Source: Calcarisporiella thermophila CBS 279.70
Taxonomy: Eukaryota > Fungi > Calcarisporiellomycota
DNA: 64,000 bases
Direction of reading: 5' to 3'
NCBI RefSeq assembly: GCF_041956535.1
Contig: NW_027192210.1
Location: forward strand, 380,021 to 444,020
Of the stretch, positions 1 through 13,800 are shown in pieces. The notes under the pieces were generated by a model. The model did not search any database. It had not been told where the DNA came from and saw only the letters and a program-made list of their open reading frames with translations. Each line of letters opens with the position of its first letter. Position 1 is the first letter of the stretch. The translations under genes and the position numbers were made by a program.

Positions 1-1636
1 GGCGCGTTTTCGCGCCTTTTCTATTGATTCTTCGGTTCGATCGTGCCAGTTTTCATCGTATTCGTTGTCGTTGTCCACCCCTGTAGCCTCCATATTATCC
101 CAGTGGGTTTCCGCGGCACGGCCTTGTAGCAAGCGACAGCGGTGTTTGATCACAGTAAGCGCTTTACGGTACTCGCCTGCCTGCATGTATAGTTCAGCCA
201 GCATATTCACCTCTGTGTAGGAGAAGCCGACGGGACGTCCTGTACGCTGGATTTCTTGAGCAAAATGATCCATTTCCTGCTCAAAAAGCGCAATCCCCTT
301 AAGTGGATGGCTCATTTCACGGTAGATAGCCGCCAGCTCGCAGACAACGTTCATATGGTGAGGGGCGAGTTGGAGCAGTTTGTTGAAGCCCCTAATGGCC
401 TAAAAGATAAATGGGAAGAGAAATAGGCCAAAATCACGCAAGCCTATGTTTAGAAGTCTATTCCAGCCAACATAACTCCTAGTGAATATCTACCTGAGGG
501 AATTTCTTCTCCTCCTTGTATAAAAATGCTCGATCCCATATTGTGTCGACGTCGGTTGGATCCGCTTTGATCGCCTGCCCCAAACAGTATATAGCTTCCT
601 GAATCATTCCTTGCTCTCTAATACAAGGGGGCGGGTTTTCACCATGCAGTGAAGAGAGTTTTCAAGATGCGAAATACTACCTAGCCATCTGTCCAAGACG
701 CTTCCAGGTGTCTCCGTCCCGAGGCATAAGATGAGCAGCGACGAGACCAAAGCGAAGACCTTTCTGCATGTCCCCGAGCTCCTCGTAGATCAGACCAAGG
801 GATACCCATGCTTGATGGATAGAGGGGGCCTTGGCAATGACCTGCTCGTAAATGTTGATGGCTTCTTCGTATTCCTGGTTGATGTAGTGCAGATTGGCCT
901 TTCCTAACATTTCCTGGACATCGGCCGGCAATCTCTTTGGCATGCCTGCGCGACCCTGTTCATGTTTTTAAATAAAAAATGAATCGTACAGAATGAGGGT
1001 CAGTGGATAAAGCCAAGGAAGGTACATGGACGCAAGCACGTACTTTTTTTGGCTTTTGTTTCCTCGGGGCTCTCAGTTTTTTGACGTTTTGCGACGATAT
1101 CGCTATTTCCATTTCTTCATTGAAGTCCTCCATATCTTCCTGCTCAGCCTCGAACGCAGAATCCTCGTCCCCAGTCTCATAATATTTGCCAGTAGCATCC
1201 CTTTTGGCGGCTGCCACCATTTGCCTAAGAGCCACAAAGAAGATGAGGAATGGACACGGTACTTAAACAGAGGCGCTGCGGCCACCTGCGGCACTTACTT
1301 GACGGAATACTCTCCTTCCACCTCATCCTCGTCAATCTCCTCTTCTGGTTCGTCTTCCTCGGCAAATTCGTCGTGTTCAGTAATGTGGGAAGGGGAAGAT
1401 CGCTCCTCAACTTCAGGTAGAGGAAGAAGTGGCTGTGGAACCGGGCGTTCGACGAATGTGGGGGCGACTAGATCGGTCGCGACGCGTGTCTTTGAAGATC
1501 CTTCAAGAGGGTCTTCGTGCTGAGGCGGGTGATGATCGCCAAGAAAACGCGACAACTCTTGTTCTTCATCATCGCTAGCACTAAGCAGACCAAAAAAGGA
1601 CCGCGACGATTGTCCCGATCTCTTTTCTTCCGTCAT
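1..1636 (-). CDS. TFC4: RNA polymerase III transcription factor TFIIIC TPR subunit (tau131/Tfc4/sfc4), multi-exon, 3' part runs off the window
   Basis: Acidic N-terminus followed by TPR helices (LGKANLHYINQEYEEAINIYEQVIAKAPSIHQAWVSLGLIYEELGD...AAHLMPRDGDTWKRL) as in Tfc4/GTF3C3; GT-AG introns link ORFs 1295-1636, 960-1235 and 677-943. Confidence 0.8.
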
Positions 1637-1977
1637 TTTTTACCTTGGCATCCAACGAAATGGCCGACCAAGTTAGGAATCAAATGAAAAAAGAAGTGCC
1701 AGGTTTCAGACAACCTAATATACGTCATCTTATGACGAAAGCTTTCCTCCTTCAATATTGGAATCGTTGGAAATTTTTACCAAATAATGCATATAGGTTT
1801 TTTAACTAATATTACCTAGAGCCACAATTTCCACAAAATTTAAACATGTACTCCCCCATTTTTCTCTTTTTCTATTCCCCTGTGCTCGAGGCTCTCACTC
1901 GTTGATCACCCTCAAACTCAATTGCGGTCACTTAACCCGACTCTACCATCTTGCCTCTTTGTTAAAGGCGCACCGTC

Positions 1978-3151
1978 ATGAGATTTGTACGGATAGTATT
2001 CAAGATAATGCCCGCCACATTGCTGGTGACGGCCTTCTCCACACTGGTCACCTGTGTGCACTTTCTTTCTCCCGTCAAGCTAGCCATCCCATCCGTGTTT
2101 ATCACTAGCATCTCTATGGTTATTTCGCTAGTGCTGGTGTTTAGAACGAATACTGCATATGAAAGGTCGGTATCTCTTGACCATCTGCGAGGAGATTTTC
2201 TTCTCATCTTACTTACTATGTGCTCGCAGATATTGGGAAGGCAGACGACTGTGGTCTAGCATGAGCGTGGCGATACGGAATTTCGCACGTATAGTCTGGG
2301 TGAATGGAAAAGAGGACACTCCCGAGGATGTGATATTGAAGAAGTCCGCCATCAACATGATGCTCGCTTTTGCCGTCTCAGTAAAACATTACCTAAGGGA
2401 GGAGTTCGGGACAGAGTATGAGGACCTGAAATACCTGCTAAAGCATATCCCCGAACTTGACACATCCGCGTCGATGCTGCATTCTGCCTTCCAGCCTCCC
2501 CCCAAGAGCCGTCTAAACCTGTGCTTCCCGATCCTGCCCTCGTACAAGAACTATTATGAAGCGCGCCGTACACACACCAACATCCTTGGCCAGCCGTTTT
2601 TGAACAAGCTACCCCTCGAGATCACGCTATACCTGTCTAGCTATCTGCAGCATCAGCGCAACCGCGACAAACTCGACCTCCCGTCTACGTCGAACGGGCT
2701 GGTCGCACTTGGTCAGCTGACCGAATGCCTGACAGGACTTGAGCGGATTCGATGCTCCCCCATCCCCTTCGCCTACACCGTGCATTTGATTGTGTCGCTG
2801 TGGATCTACCTGCTTGCCCTGCCATTCCAATTGCTTAGTACGGTTCACTGGATTACCATTCCCATATGCGCCATTGCGGCCTTCATTCTGCTTGGGATCG
2901 AGAGCATTGGTGCCGAGATAGGTGAGAATGGGCTGGACCTCGTCCGATATAGCGCCAACTAACCTTTGCTCTGCTTTTCTCTTACTTCATGCTTCCCTCG
3001 CTCATCGTAATGCACAGAGAATCCGTTTGGATACGATATCAACGATCTGCCCCTCGACGAGTACTGCGAAATGATCAAGCTGGAACTCGACAACGTCACA
3101 TCGCGCCCATCGCCCGCCAACTCCAAACTCCTCCTCGCCCACTATGATTGA
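1978..3151 (+). CDS. Bestrophin/UPF0187 (YneE-like) anion channel, paralog 1 (3 exons)
   Basis: Motifs LLVFRTNTAYERYWEGRRLW, LERIRCSPIPFAY and GIESIGAEIENPFGYDINDLPLD; two GT-AG introns; TGA at 3149-3151. Confidence 0.88.
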
Positions 3152-3752
3152 CCGATCTCCGAACCACAGAGACTCGGAAATTGAATGCCGACGCAAGAGA
3201 GGAGCTCTTTCCATCCTTTTACACAGCTGACTTTGAGACGCGGAGAAGACGGGGCCGCTTAGTGCAAATGATATCCCATCTTTTGTTTTGTTTTTCTTGT
3301 GAAATCATTCCATGCTATTATTTCTTCTTCATTTTTCTTTCCCTTTCCATCGTATCTGTGCGCCAATCGATTTCCCCCTCGAAATTAAAGTATTACCAAG
3401 CGAGGTTAGAAAAGGTTTCAGCTGCAGAATTGACGGTGATCCAAAACCGGCCCCAATTGCTTAGAGGAGGGATTTTCAGAAGGTTGCACGCTGCCCAAAA
3501 GCGGAGCCTGCTTTATTGTCAGTGATTTATTTCAAGCCGAAGGGGGACTCCACCCAGATCCCGCCACTTTTTCTCCCTTTCCACACCCCCCTTCTGCCCT
3601 TTCTTCCCCCCCCCCCCGCCTTGAATCGCTGGCCTGCATTTTGCGGAAACCCTCCTCTTCATCTATCCTTTCCTCCTTGCGCATCTGCTGCTCTCTTCAT
3701 CTGCCTCTTCTCTCGTGCTCTCCGGCTTGCGACTTTCGCAATTGAGACCAGT

Positions 3753-5322
3753 ATGAAAGCCTATAAATCTCTCAATGTCATAAAGCGGGTTCTGCCGGCC
3801 ACTTTGGCCTGCACCCTCTTTGCTGCGCTGGTTACTTGCGTTCACATTCTGACTTTTGTGAAGCTTAACATCGGCATTTCGCTCATCACGAGCATCAGTA
3901 TGGTCATTTCCCTCTTACTCGTCTTTAGGACTAATACCGCCTACGACCGGTAAGTTATCGGCTATCCATCTACCTGCTCCTCCATACGCATATACACTCA
4001 GCACGTGTTTTTGTCTGGATCTATCGTCTCTAACTTTTTGTATGTAGCTATTGGGAAGGCCGAAGGCTCTGGAGTACTGTCCATCTATGCATCAGAAATT
4101 TCGCTCGTACCCTCTGGGTCAACGTAAAGGAACCCACTCCTGAAGATGTAGTGGCCAAAAAGACGGTCATGAATCTGTTGTTGGCATTTGCTGTCGCCAC
4201 CAAACACTATCTCCGCGAGGAATTCGGCACCTTCTACGACGATCTACATCCTCTTCTTCGCCACATCCCACAGTATGCTACCCCTGCTGCTCTCACCAGC
4301 TCCGGCTCTTCCCCGGCCCCTTCGGAGTCCTGGATCGAATCTAGCTGTCTTTCGTCGCTGAGCAACTATTATCGTGCAAAGTTGTCGAACAGGGCTTATC
4401 CCGTTAACTCCGAAGTCGCTGCCAATCTCCCTTACGAGATTTCGTTGTACATCTCAGGCTATGTTCAACAAATTCGAAATACAGACCATGCAGACGTTCC
4501 CTCAACCAACATCATGCACAATTCCCTCAACCAACTGACCGATTGTCTCACTGGATTCGAGTAAGCTCGTGGTTGATTTCATTATACTGTTTATATATTC
4601 TCTCTAACCAGGTTTAATCCATACCCTCTCGTCTTCCCAGGCGTATCCGTCGCACACCTATCCCCCTCGCTTACAGTTTACACTTGTCGATCTCGGTTTA
4701 TCTTTACATTCTAGCTCTCCCCTTCCAACTTGTCGGCATCCTTAACTGGTAGTTATCCTCGGAATCAAATCGATGTACCAGGGCTAGTTCTAAACTGTTT
4801 TTCTTGATTTAGGGTCACCATCCCTATCACTTTCATGGCCGCCTTTATTCTTCTGGGAATCGAGAGCATTGGTGCCGAGATAGGTAGGGGCTCCGGGCCA
4901 TCCTGTCGATGCTGCCTACTCTAAATTGGGCCTGTAATAATAATCCAATCTTTCTTATTTGCTTAGAAAATCCATTTGGATACGACAGCAATGATCTCCC
5001 TCTAGATATGTACTGCGAAATCATCAAGCAAGAACTCGACGCAATATCCTCTCGCCCAGCCCCGACGAATGTCAGAAATTGGGGCCTATCCTCAAAAAAC
5101 AAGCCCGTGGAAAGCTCGAATGCTACGGCAGCGGAGCTGAGTCGGCTGTCTATGGAGGATGTGCGTGAGATATTGAAGGAAAATAGGCCACAAAAGCTAC
5201 CGATTGCCCATGAGGTAGTTGAGAGTGGGTTCAACAGCAACACGTCAACCCCAGTGCTGGAAGAAGTGCAAGTGCTGCAGCCCAAGAATGCCGAGGAAGA
5301 TGATGGGAATCAAATAAAATAA
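3753..5322 (+). CDS. Bestrophin/UPF0187 anion channel, paralog 2 (5 exons)
   Basis: LLVFRTNTAYDRYWEGRRLW, FERIRRTPIPLAY and GIESIGAEIENPFGYDSNDLPLD after removing four GT-AG introns. Confidence 0.88.
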
Positions 5323-5851
5323 CGTGGACATTCGTATCTATTTATGAACTTTTTATCACCCATTGATGAGAACATATTGGTATATGGCTAGTTTTAATGA
5401 GTTGGATCATGATTGGTCTTTCCCTCTATTTGGACATTGACTCCCCTTTTTCCATTGCATTTTATATTCATGTTTCGAGCTTCTCTATTCAGAAAATGCA
5501 TTTCTTCTTCCTATGAACACTGCAGCTGTTTTCTCCTCTGAGGTACACATCTAGTACCTGACTTTATCCGACCCTTTCTGCGGTGGAAGCCCCACTTCGA
5601 TGCCATCTGCTAATACCCCTGAACTGTTTCAGTGAGAATATCCTAGCCGAGCTCAAATTGAAGCCGAGGATTTTCTTAACTCTTTAGACGAATCTTTATA
5701 CCCACTGTTTAGGTACTAACTCCGAAAATAAACTCACTTGGGAACACTAGTTTAACTTTCGTTGCACACTTCTGTTGTTCTTTGTGCCCCCACTCATTGT
5801 TCTAGAGAGGAGGATGGATCGGATTCCTTCCCTACTCCATGTTTTGCTCCT

Positions 5852-6621
5852 ATGAATCATTCTAAGCTTCTAGATCCCAATTACTCTCCTTGCCCTGTCG
5901 GTGGACTCCATGACTTCCGTCGCAAGTACCTCGTCCGAGACTATATTACATCTTGCCTCTGCTGTCCATTTCTAGTGTGTTGGACGCTCATTTGCATCTT
6001 CCAGGTTTGCAGGCTTCTCGAACAAAGGCCGGGCATCCTTTTCGAGATTTTTGACTTACGTTTCTTCCTCTGTTCATGGATATTAGAACCCAGCTCCAGG
6101 AGGTGAGGGCGGTGGATGTGGTTTCGCCCCTTCTGTAAGTTGATCCCTTTCTGTCACCAAATCTACGATTGAGCGATGTTTATCTTTGAACACAGGGCCC
6201 TAAAATTTGCGAAAAATGCAACATCACATGGAAGCAAGCAGAGGAGGAACTCTCCATGGTATTCCTCTCTCCCGAGCATCAATATAGGCGCCTTGAAGAG
6301 CATCACCAACAACAGAATACTAGGGACATGAATTTGATGGAGCTTGGCACGGGAGATGCTCCTCCTCCTCTCCGGAGTCCACCGGCCTATACTCCCTATG
6401 CTCAAGGCGGCAACGGTGAGCCAGTTATTAGCTCGCCCGGGCCAACATACCAGCAGCAGCGCGGAATGGCACGGAGGCCCAGTGAGCAGCAGCATTATGC
6501 CCCTCACCAGCATGAGTACACTCGTGGCAGAATGGAATATCCGAGCAATCAAATGACTCCAGCGGAGCCAGGCGCTCGGGAGTCATATGGGAGGCCGGAG
6601 TCGGTGGGACACCGTGGGTAA
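5852..6621 (+). CDS. Small Cys-rich membrane-associated protein (BRI3/DUF2367- or LITAF-like topology) with Pro/Gln/Tyr-rich tail, 3 exons
   Basis: Exons 5852-6004, 6087-6134 and 6196-6621 splice in frame: CPVGGLH...hydrophobic CLCCPFLVCWTLICIF...KICEKC, then a low-complexity tail with PPAY. Confidence 0.6.
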
Positions 6622-6943
6622 ACCAGTCAACCCGAAGAGCTCATCTTGACTTGATACCCGGAGAAATCAACTTTCTAATAATATCAACCATGGTACTGTA
6701 ATGTTTCATACAGGATATCCTTCGAACTTTAGGCTTCTTTGTTGTATGTGGATTTTCTTTGTTTTATACGCTTTTTTTTTTGGGCTTTTACCTACATAAA
6801 GATGCTGGACACATCAACTCCATTTTCCTTAACCATTGGTCAAAGAAGCAAGCGATGGGTTTATTCGGATATAACCTTGGACTATAATTACACTTTCTCT
6901 ACTTTAACTCCCTCTCGAAACAGCGCTCTATTTCTGCATATCT

Positions 6944-9900
6944 CTACCGATTAACTATGTTTTCGATATACGCTGCCTCCAATGGGAGTGGGTCAATACA
7001 CCGGCGGTAGGCACAAGAGACTGCCTCTTCGAGCATGGAATTCATCAACCTATTGATAAAGCAAGTTAATGCTTTCGAGCTCTTCTCCTGAGCACAATGC
7101 CAACTCACTTTTCATCCGGGGTAAATCTCCACAGGTGGACCCGTAAATACTCCACATCCAACTGGACCTGCTGGAAGTCGTACTGCGTCAGAGTCTGCAT
7201 TCGCAGCGTCTCTATCAGCGCCTAAGCAAGATCGAATGGGAAAGGTTATCTTAAGAGGGAGATAGCAAAGATTTAGTAGCTATGGCTCACCTTGATTAGA
7301 ATCTTTATTAGCCCCAACATCACCCCCGTCCGACTAATCTCAACCCTCCCGAATATTTCTACCCTCTCCGAAAAGAGGCGATCTATGTGATTTAGTAGGA
7401 GGTGGTGCTGATGACCAGCCGCAGGCTCATACACATGTCCTCTGCTCCCGCCACCTCCGCCCATGCCGCCGGCATTGGAGGTTTGTGTGGAATGAAAGGA
7501 CGACATGCTGGCATTGGACCCGGTTCCGTAGAGGAACCCGCCACCTCCGGTATTGGCCCCGGATCCATGAAAGAGGTTGGACCCCTGTTCGCGGGTAGAG
7601 TATCGCCGGCTTGACTCCGAACTTAAATCCTTGACGCTGTCGTCCTCCTCGATATTGACACCAAAGAGAGGCTCTAATTCGCGCTCCACGACGGCAATCT
7701 GCTGGATAATATGGTTCCACACTGAGGACGGCCGCTCTGGCTTAACTGTGGCAAGTGAGGGGCGATTCTGAGAAAAACGGTGGGAGCGAACATGATAGGA
7801 AAGGCTATTGCCAACCAGCTCAACGTATCGATTGATGAACCTCTATCATAAAGAGGAAGAAAAAAACTGTTCAGTATCCAGCTCCATGCATGTGCCTAAC
7901 AAGGAGAGCTCACTTGGGTATATTCTTTGCACATTCCTACAGCATCCTTCGCATCCGGCAACAAATTCCCAATAATTACCGAGCCATTTGAGAGTGCACG
8001 CTCATCTTGAAACATTCGGCTGTCGTCGGAGGAATAGAGACGGCGAGAAAAGGCATCATACATGTTCATCACCACCTTCTCTGAAAAGCACATACTAACG
8101 CGTGTGGCAAATAAGGCCAAATACGCTTCAGATGGGAGCGTGTGAGTAGCTTGAGGGGTCTGTGTTGCACTGAGCGTGGATTGCTGAATAGAGTGAGAGC
8201 AAAGATAATCAGCGAATCTCGGGAGGAATAGAGATAAAAAAAATTTGAAATAACCACCATCAATAAATTCAAGCATGTCTCCCAAAACTCCTTGAAATTC
8301 TCCTGGAAACATAGTAGAAAATTCTCTTTCCCATTGTTTCGCTTTAAATAAGGGAAATCTGCGTTGATACATTTCTAGGGTAGAAAATTTAGATAAACCA
8401 ATGCAGTCGCGAAGCAATTGAAATATACCTCAAGGAAGGGCAAGCATTCTTCAGTTAATGTGCTCGTGAACCAATCGATGACCGTTGTTAAAAAGACGGA
8501 AGAAGCCGGGACAGGGGGGGATCTGAAGGGCTCCTGTTCTGAAGTCTCAGTTGTCTTTATACTTTGGCGCCCGATATTCGTATCCGCGTCTATTGAATAA
8601 GAAGCCAAGCGTTCTATAAAGAATTGCGAATTAGAAAACAAGTAAATTCACTCTTCTATTAGCCAAATCCTACTTTGTAGACCGTTTGCAGCAACCCCAA
8701 GCGTTTGGCGCACAATTTCACTCTCGCACTCCGCTATTTCAGTCATGACACGCGACTCAAAGTCAGCAATGCTATTGAGCGCATCACAGGAATAAATGTC
8801 GCTGTGCAGTCGATTAATCGCGTATATGATTGGATTTTGTGACGATGAAAGGTGATCCTAAATTCAGAATCATAATAGGATGAGCGACATGTCCTCAAGC
8901 ATTGCCAACCTACAGGGGACCAAAATTTACCGCAATTGAAAGTATTCCTTTAACGATGCTAAAGTATTCTTCCAGCAATGGTGAGAGAGCTTCCAAAAGA
9001 TCCGCTCTCGCTTTTTCGCGTTCCTTTTATAAACAAAATGTAAATTGATATATTTTTTCTATATTATAAAATGATAAATCAAATACCTCTTCGGGCAAAT
9101 TGGCCGAGATCAATAACATTTTATTCTTCGGGAATGATTCAACCCCTTTTATAGCAGTGCTGGAATTTCGGCTTCTAGCGCTTAACGAACTTGCACTTCG
9201 AGCGCGAGATGATCCCATCTGAGACACAAATGATTGCCCACGTTCATCCTCAATTGCATCAAGAAAGCCTTCGTGAGTCTCTAGGAAAAACTGCGAGAAT
9301 GACTTTACAAATTCATTCAGTTGATGCAGTAGGGTGCTGTTCAAATAGGAGGTACGGTCAAGCAATTCAGCATCAGTAGAGCTTTCTTCAGCTAGCCTTG
9401 AAGGCTCAATGGGAAGAGTTGGAAGTTTCTCAAGAACAGCCGCTTTCTGTAATTGGAGTTGCTGCATTGAGCTAGTAGAGAAAAGAGTACGTTAGACGTT
9501 CAGCCATGAAATATGGGGATGTAATTTGTGCTTACGTTCGAATATATATTGTCCAAAGTTCACGCATTGGCATATCCTTTAGCACAATAAGCAATCCCAC
9601 GTTTTCTGTGATTGCTTCGCAGCTTGCATCGGGTGATCTCAACTTTTGTCGGATCGTTTCAGAAATCTTCAACATGATCTCGTTAGATTCAGCTTCTATC
9701 TTATTGAAAACAGATAAATGTCTATAGCGCTCTAAAAGCTGTGAAGTACGTGCGAAATGTAGCACTGCTTGTCTGTAGGATTGTGATTGCAAACAATGAT
9801 CAAGATATGTGGGAAGCTCGAAAATGAATTGTAGCTAAATAGCAAAAAAAAAATAAAATAAAATGTAATGAATCAAAAGATCTATAAATAACGTAAAATG

Positions 9901-10632
9901 CCAGATCAACAAAAAATATATAGGAAATTTTCTTACTTTGCGCAGGAGAGAATGAATACTGCTTAATTGATCTATCCTATCTCTTCGAGGAGCAAGAACA
10001 CTATTAATTGAGGAGCAAGCCGTGGTGATTTTCGACATATTCTCAGACAGCCGTTTCATTTCCGAATCCATATCCTCCACGTTCGATTTCATCTGATAAA
10101 ATGTGAAAAAGAAGTGTTAAAGGCAAGTGGGCATATGAAGTTATAGCCGCAAAATTTAACCTGCCTTTCGTATTGTATCTGTTGCGCTTATGAATTTATT
10201 GTAGTTTTCATAAACAAGTGTCTTCATGTCACTATCCAGCTGGCGTATCTCTATTTAATAAGAGTGGTTATTTAGCCGCTCACTGACAGATGGACTGATA
10301 TATATATACCTGTAACGAGATCGTTATCACGTTGCATCAATGTGTTCAACGACTTCTCCCGCAATATGCGCTGCAAATACCGATCGGGGTCAAATGAGGC
10401 ATTGTCTTTGTTATGGAATTGAGCGATGGAATAATATTACTTTAAGCCTTTCAAAATATGCGTTATAATAGGTCGAGAATTATGTACCAATATCATTAGG
10501 ATCTGTCTTTTTCGCCTCACTATTGATCCCATAGTAGCTGCGCAATAGTCGCTTAGCGTTGCTCTTACGCTCCGGTAAAACTGATGATGTACTAGATGCT
10601 GCTGGATCTTTTACTCTGGGTATTGCCGACAT
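6944..10632 (-). CDS. VPS51: GARP/EARP complex subunit Vps51 (Ang2), multi-exon
   Basis: LLRSYYG...FDPDRYL...[37 protein letters not shown] (Vps51 N-terminal signature); C-terminal [12 protein letters not shown]...[11 protein letters not shown]...RCIDPLPLE. Confidence 0.92.
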
Positions 10633-10709
10633 CTTTTTTGCCTCCCTAATTTTTTACCACTAATTCATCAATTTTATACGTGAGGATATATTGAGGTGGC
10701 CAAGCCATC

Positions 10710-10719
10710 GTGACGTCAC
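10710..10719. promoter_or_regulatory. Palindromic CRE/ATF-type site GTGACGTCAC in the VPS51/NUP98 divergent promoter
   Basis: Perfect 10-bp palindrome containing TGACGTCA in the middle of a 176-bp head-to-head intergenic region. Confidence 0.5.
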
Positions 10720-10808
10720 AAATTGTTTTTTATTTCTTGGGGGCTGTTAATCACTACTCGCTTCGTATAACACGATCTCTCTCTAATTATCAACGCGCTC
10801 TGTCCGCG

Positions 10809-13800
10809 ATGTTTGGCAGCGGTGGCGGATTCGGATCTTCTGGCTTCGGCCAGCAGAATCAACCGCAACAACAGACTATGTTTGGTCAGCCTCAACAGCA
10901 ACAGAACACAACTGGATTTGGAGGTAAAATATATAAAAAATGTCTTTTGATTTTTAATTTCGCGCGAAAGCATTTTAGTGATCTTAACTGATGAAGCATT
11001 GGATACCAATCGTTAATTGATCGTTGATTTTCCTTTTGATTATTATGTCAGGATTTAATCAGCAGCCTACTGCTTTCGGGCAGAATACTGCCAGTACTCC
11101 CTTTGGTCAAACATCTACAACACCAGCGTTTGGTACCGGAACAACAGGTAATCCATCAGGACGATGATCTCTTCGAGTGCTTTTTCTTTTCAAGAATAAT
11201 TTACTCAACCAGTTATATCATCTCCCTTTAATACAGGTGGGTTTGGTTCGACCCCTGCTTTTGGACAGCAGCAACAGCAGCAACGATCTAGTTTCGGTAC
11301 AGGTGGTGGCCTCTTTGGATCAAACACCGCCAGCACTCCTGCTTCCTCCGCTCCTTCTTTTGGATTTGGATGTGAGTTTCTTTAATCCGATGATTCAATT
11401 GATGGAAAATTGCTAAACTTTTTATATACAGCATCCACTAGCACTACACCTGCATTCGGCAGTGCATCGACAGGCACTGGCCTCTTTGGCCAGAAACCTG
11501 CAACAACAACTACTGGATTTGGATCCACTACTGGCACTGGTCTTTTCGGTAGTACCGGCAGTTCTACTACCACTGGTTTTGGTTCAAGTATGTTAAGATA
11601 TATTTGTTTTTAAACATTCTCTTTCTCATCCCATTTCCATAACTGCTCTAATCTTTTAGCTACGCCGGGATTCGGTGCAAGCAATCTCGTCGGAGGAAAT
11701 GGCACTGCTTCACCTGCATATGAAGTCACCAGTGATAAAGATGCTACTAGTGGGCAAATGAACATGTTCCACAGCATCACGGCCATGCCTGCTTATCGAA
11801 ACTGGTCCTTCGAGGAGTTACGTTTTCAAGATTATCAGCAAAATCGGAAATCCGCTTCCACCGGCTTTGGGTCCTCTTTTGGAGCTACTAGCGCGGCCCC
11901 AACTTCAACTGGATTCGGCACGGCAAGTACTCCATTTGGATCCACATCTTCTACCGGAATGTTCGGCCAGCAGCAGCAACAACAGACCCCTGCGTTTGGT
12001 CAGACCACCACTGGGGGATTTGGCACCGCTGGGGGATTTGGGTCAACGCAGTCCACTGGTGGAATCTTTGGTTCACAGCCTAGCACTGGCACTTCTGGTG
12101 GACTTTTTGGTAGTAAAACTCCTTCGACACCCTTTGGTGCTACGACAGGTACAACGACCGGAGGTTTTGGTGGCACCGGGTTTGGCACCAGCACATCTGG
12201 CTTCGGCACTCAGCAGCAGAACACACCGTTTAGTTTTGGACAGGCTTCGACATCTCAAACCCCGGCCTTTGGCCAAACTGGCACCACTCCTGGATTTGGT
12301 CAGGCTGCCCAGACCTCGCAGCCTGGCTCGTTATTTGGAGCTACGAGCACGACTCCGGCTTTTGGTGCTGCTACTTCCACAGCCACGCCATCTTTTGGTT
12401 TTGGTCAACAGTCCACAGCTCAGACATCAACTACCCCTGCATTTAACTTCGGCTCATCAGCTACCCAAAAGCCAGCTACTTCGTTTACATTCGGCCAGTC
12501 TTCAACTGGCACCGGTGGTTTTGGAGCAGCACAGAACAAACCAGGTGGATTTGGTGGCTTCGGCACTAGCGCAGCTACAACCACCCCCGCCTTTGGAGCC
12601 GGCACAAGCACTGGCGGTCTCTTTGGTACAGCTACTACTCAGGCTTCAACTACCCCCGGCTTGTTTGGAAGCACAACCACACCAAGTCTCTTTGGGAATA
12701 CTGGTACGAGCACGGGCGGCCTTTTTGGTGGAACCACGCCTGCCGCTAGCAATGCTGTCAGTACTGGAGGTCTTTTCGGAGCGCAAACAACCACTCCGTC
12801 GTTTGGTGGGTTCGGGGCTGGCACAGCAGGCACACAGGCTGGCTCGACTGGTTCGTTGTTTGGTCAGCGACCTGCCACCGGCTTCGGTAACTCTACGACA
12901 CTTGGTGGCTCTATTCAGCCTACCATGCAAGCTAGCATTGATAAGTTTCCCTATGGGCGCCATCCTCTCTTTGACGTTGAGGTTCCCACTTCGACCGGCC
13001 TGCCAACAGAAACTCCTAAGAAAAAACCAACCCCCCTTCCACCAGTCAAGCCGACTCCTCGCTCAAGCTCTAAGTCGAAATCACGTAGTTTTCTCACTCC
13101 AAGCGCCTCCACAACTGCAGTTACACCGGCCAAAACTCCACAATCATTGCACCTATTTGATGGGGTTCGTGACGACGTGATACTTAGCGCAGATGCCTTC
13201 CAACCTAGGCGGAGCGTGAAAAAGTTAATTATAGACCGCAAACAATTTGAGCCTGCCCTCGAGCCTTCTGTCACCTCCTTCACTCCTGTCGCGCAACCGG
13301 TCGAAAAGGAGAAAGAGAAGAGTACCGGACGCCCGCGTGTGACATTTGATCCAAACTTGGAGGAGCAAGCCGCGGAAAATTTTGTAGAGCGGATAGTATC
13401 CAATACGCCAGTGAAGAAGCTCGATTTCACCGCAATGCAGAAATCGCCTGTCTCGACGGAAAAGAAATCCGGAATCAGCGATGGATTTGCCTCTCCAAAT
13501 CGCCTGGCTGACGGCTACTGGATGGAGCCATCACTAATTGAGCTTCGTAACATGTCCCACGATCAGCTCTCAAAAGTGCGTAATTTCACCGTCGGTCGGC
13601 GCGGTTATGGTCGCGTTCGTTTCCAGATGCCGGTTGACCTGACCACAGTGCGCTCCCTAGCCAATATTGCAGGTGGTATTGTTATTTTTGAACCGCGATC
13701 TTGCACCGTCTATCCAGACGACAACGTGAAACCTAAGGTGGGGGAGGAGCTCAATGTTCCGGCCACAATCGAGCTGGAAAACGTTGGTCCAAAGGATGGC

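Noticed and set aside
11867-13180. 437-aa overlapping ORF and several antisense ORFs in the NUP98 FG region
   Set aside because: Shadow frames caused by the biased codon content of FG repeats; non-ATG start and no recognisable domain
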